A stretch of 64,000 nucleotides of DNA, from positions 146,535-210,534 of the forward strand of contig NZ_FOLW01000008.1 of assembly GCF_900112475.1 (NCBI RefSeq), in the 5' to 3' direction. A program made the translations under genes and the position numbers. The notes beneath the pieces were generated by a model, which was given only the letters and a program-made list of their open reading frames with translations, made no database searches and was not told the origin of the DNA. The DNA is from Pragia fontium DSM 5563 = ATCC 49100. Its GTDB lineage: Bacteria > Pseudomonadota > Gammaproteobacteria > Enterobacterales > Enterobacteriaceae. The first letter of the stretch is position 1. Every line of letters starts with the position of its first letter. Of this stretch, positions 63,659 through 64,000 are shown in pieces.

Positions 63659-63677
63659 CCGCCTTCATAGAAGGCGG
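63659..63677 (+). terminator. Stem-loop ccgccttc-ata-gaaggcgg after the CsgG-like gene
   Basis: 8-bp GC-rich stem followed by cattgcttt. Lies between the gene's stop and the IS200 end. Confidence 0.55.
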
Positions 63678-63733
63678 CATTGCTTTGGCGCCCCTGAGGG
63701 GCGTACTAAGCTCGAACCCATAGGGCCCTCGCT

Positions 63734-64000
63734 TCACATCCCTTTTAAGCTTAATTGATTATCTTCAAGTTCATGTTTCTCTTGATACTTAACATACTTA
63801 CGAATCATTTCTGCATTTACACCTACGGTATCTACACAATAGCCCTTCGCCCAAAAATGGTTGCCCCACAGCTTTTTCTTTCTTAAATAGGGAAATTTAT
63901 TAAACAGCCTTATCGCTGTTCTTCCTTTCAAGTGCCCCATTACCTCTGACACTGAGAGCTTTGGTGGGATCTTGACTAATAAATGAACGTGATCTAATTG
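63734..64000 (-). mobile_element. tnpA: IS200/IS605-family transposase TnpA (Y1/HUH), C-terminal about 88 codons; the gene and the element continue beyond the window end
   Basis: Minus-strand translation …QLDHVHLLVKIPPKLSVSEVMGHLKGRTAIRLFNKFPYLRKKKLWGNHFWAKGYCVDTVGVNAEMIRKYVKYQEKHE… matches IS200 TnpA (…HIHMLLEIPPK.SVS.FMGYLKGKSS…FW.RGYYVDTVG…I..YI..Q…). A GC hairpin, cgcccc-tga-ggggcg, at 63690-63704 lies in the presumed element end. Confidence 0.85.

Overview
This looks like a chromosomal segment from a gamma-proteobacterium of the order Enterobacterales. The estimated GC content is moderate, in the mid-40s percent; I cannot call the genus from sequence alone. From memory of the E. coli K-12 map, most of the window follows its 20-min region in order: (ansB fragment) ycaO-focA-pflB-pflA, ycaD, a dmsABC-dmsD operon, serS, rarA, lolA, ftsK, lrp, trxB, cydDC, aat, infA, clpA-clpS, ybjX, ybjD, lysO, hcp-hcr, ybjT and amiD.

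Several departures from that order stand out:
- Between pflA and ycaD there are two small extra genes, one for a membrane protein and one for a GNAT acetyltransferase.
- Between ycaD and dmsD there is an EvgS/EvgA-like (BvgS-type) phosphorelay followed by a DUF1090 coiled-coil periplasmic protein. After that comes an orphan fimbrial-usher-like outer-membrane protein that lacks the second C-terminal domain (CTD2) and has no chaperone or pilin gene next to it.
- A low-molecular-weight phosphotyrosine phosphatase carrying a Sec signal peptide sits between cydC and aat.
- A roughly 13.5-kb accessory island (about 50.2-63.7 kb) lies after amiD and is closed by a partial IS200/IS605 tnpA at the window edge.

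The island is the most interesting part. Its genes are:
- a YqiJ/NfeD-like membrane protein and a 727-aa flotillin (SPFH) protein with EA-type coiled-coil repeats;
- a 1676-aa protein whose C-terminus carries a MoxR-class AAA+ ATPase signature;
- a minimal rhomboid intramembrane serine protease, which starts only 8 bp after the giant gene and appears translationally coupled to it;
- after an AT-rich spacer, a cytoplasmic single-HKD phospholipase-D/Nuc-like protein;
- three secreted or lipoprotein genes. The last of these has a CsgG-like core, and the middle one resembles the LpoB/DUF799 class.

My hypothesis, which is inference only, is that this is an uncharacterised membrane-microdomain proteolysis or quality-control module: an SPFH scaffold, an AAA+ ATPase and a rhomboid. 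It is paired with a PLD-like enzyme and an envelope lipoprotein complex.

Clean rho-independent terminators and two strong FNR-type boxes (a perfect one at hcp, a near-perfect one at focA) are also annotated. I found no CRISPR arrays, rRNA or tRNA genes.
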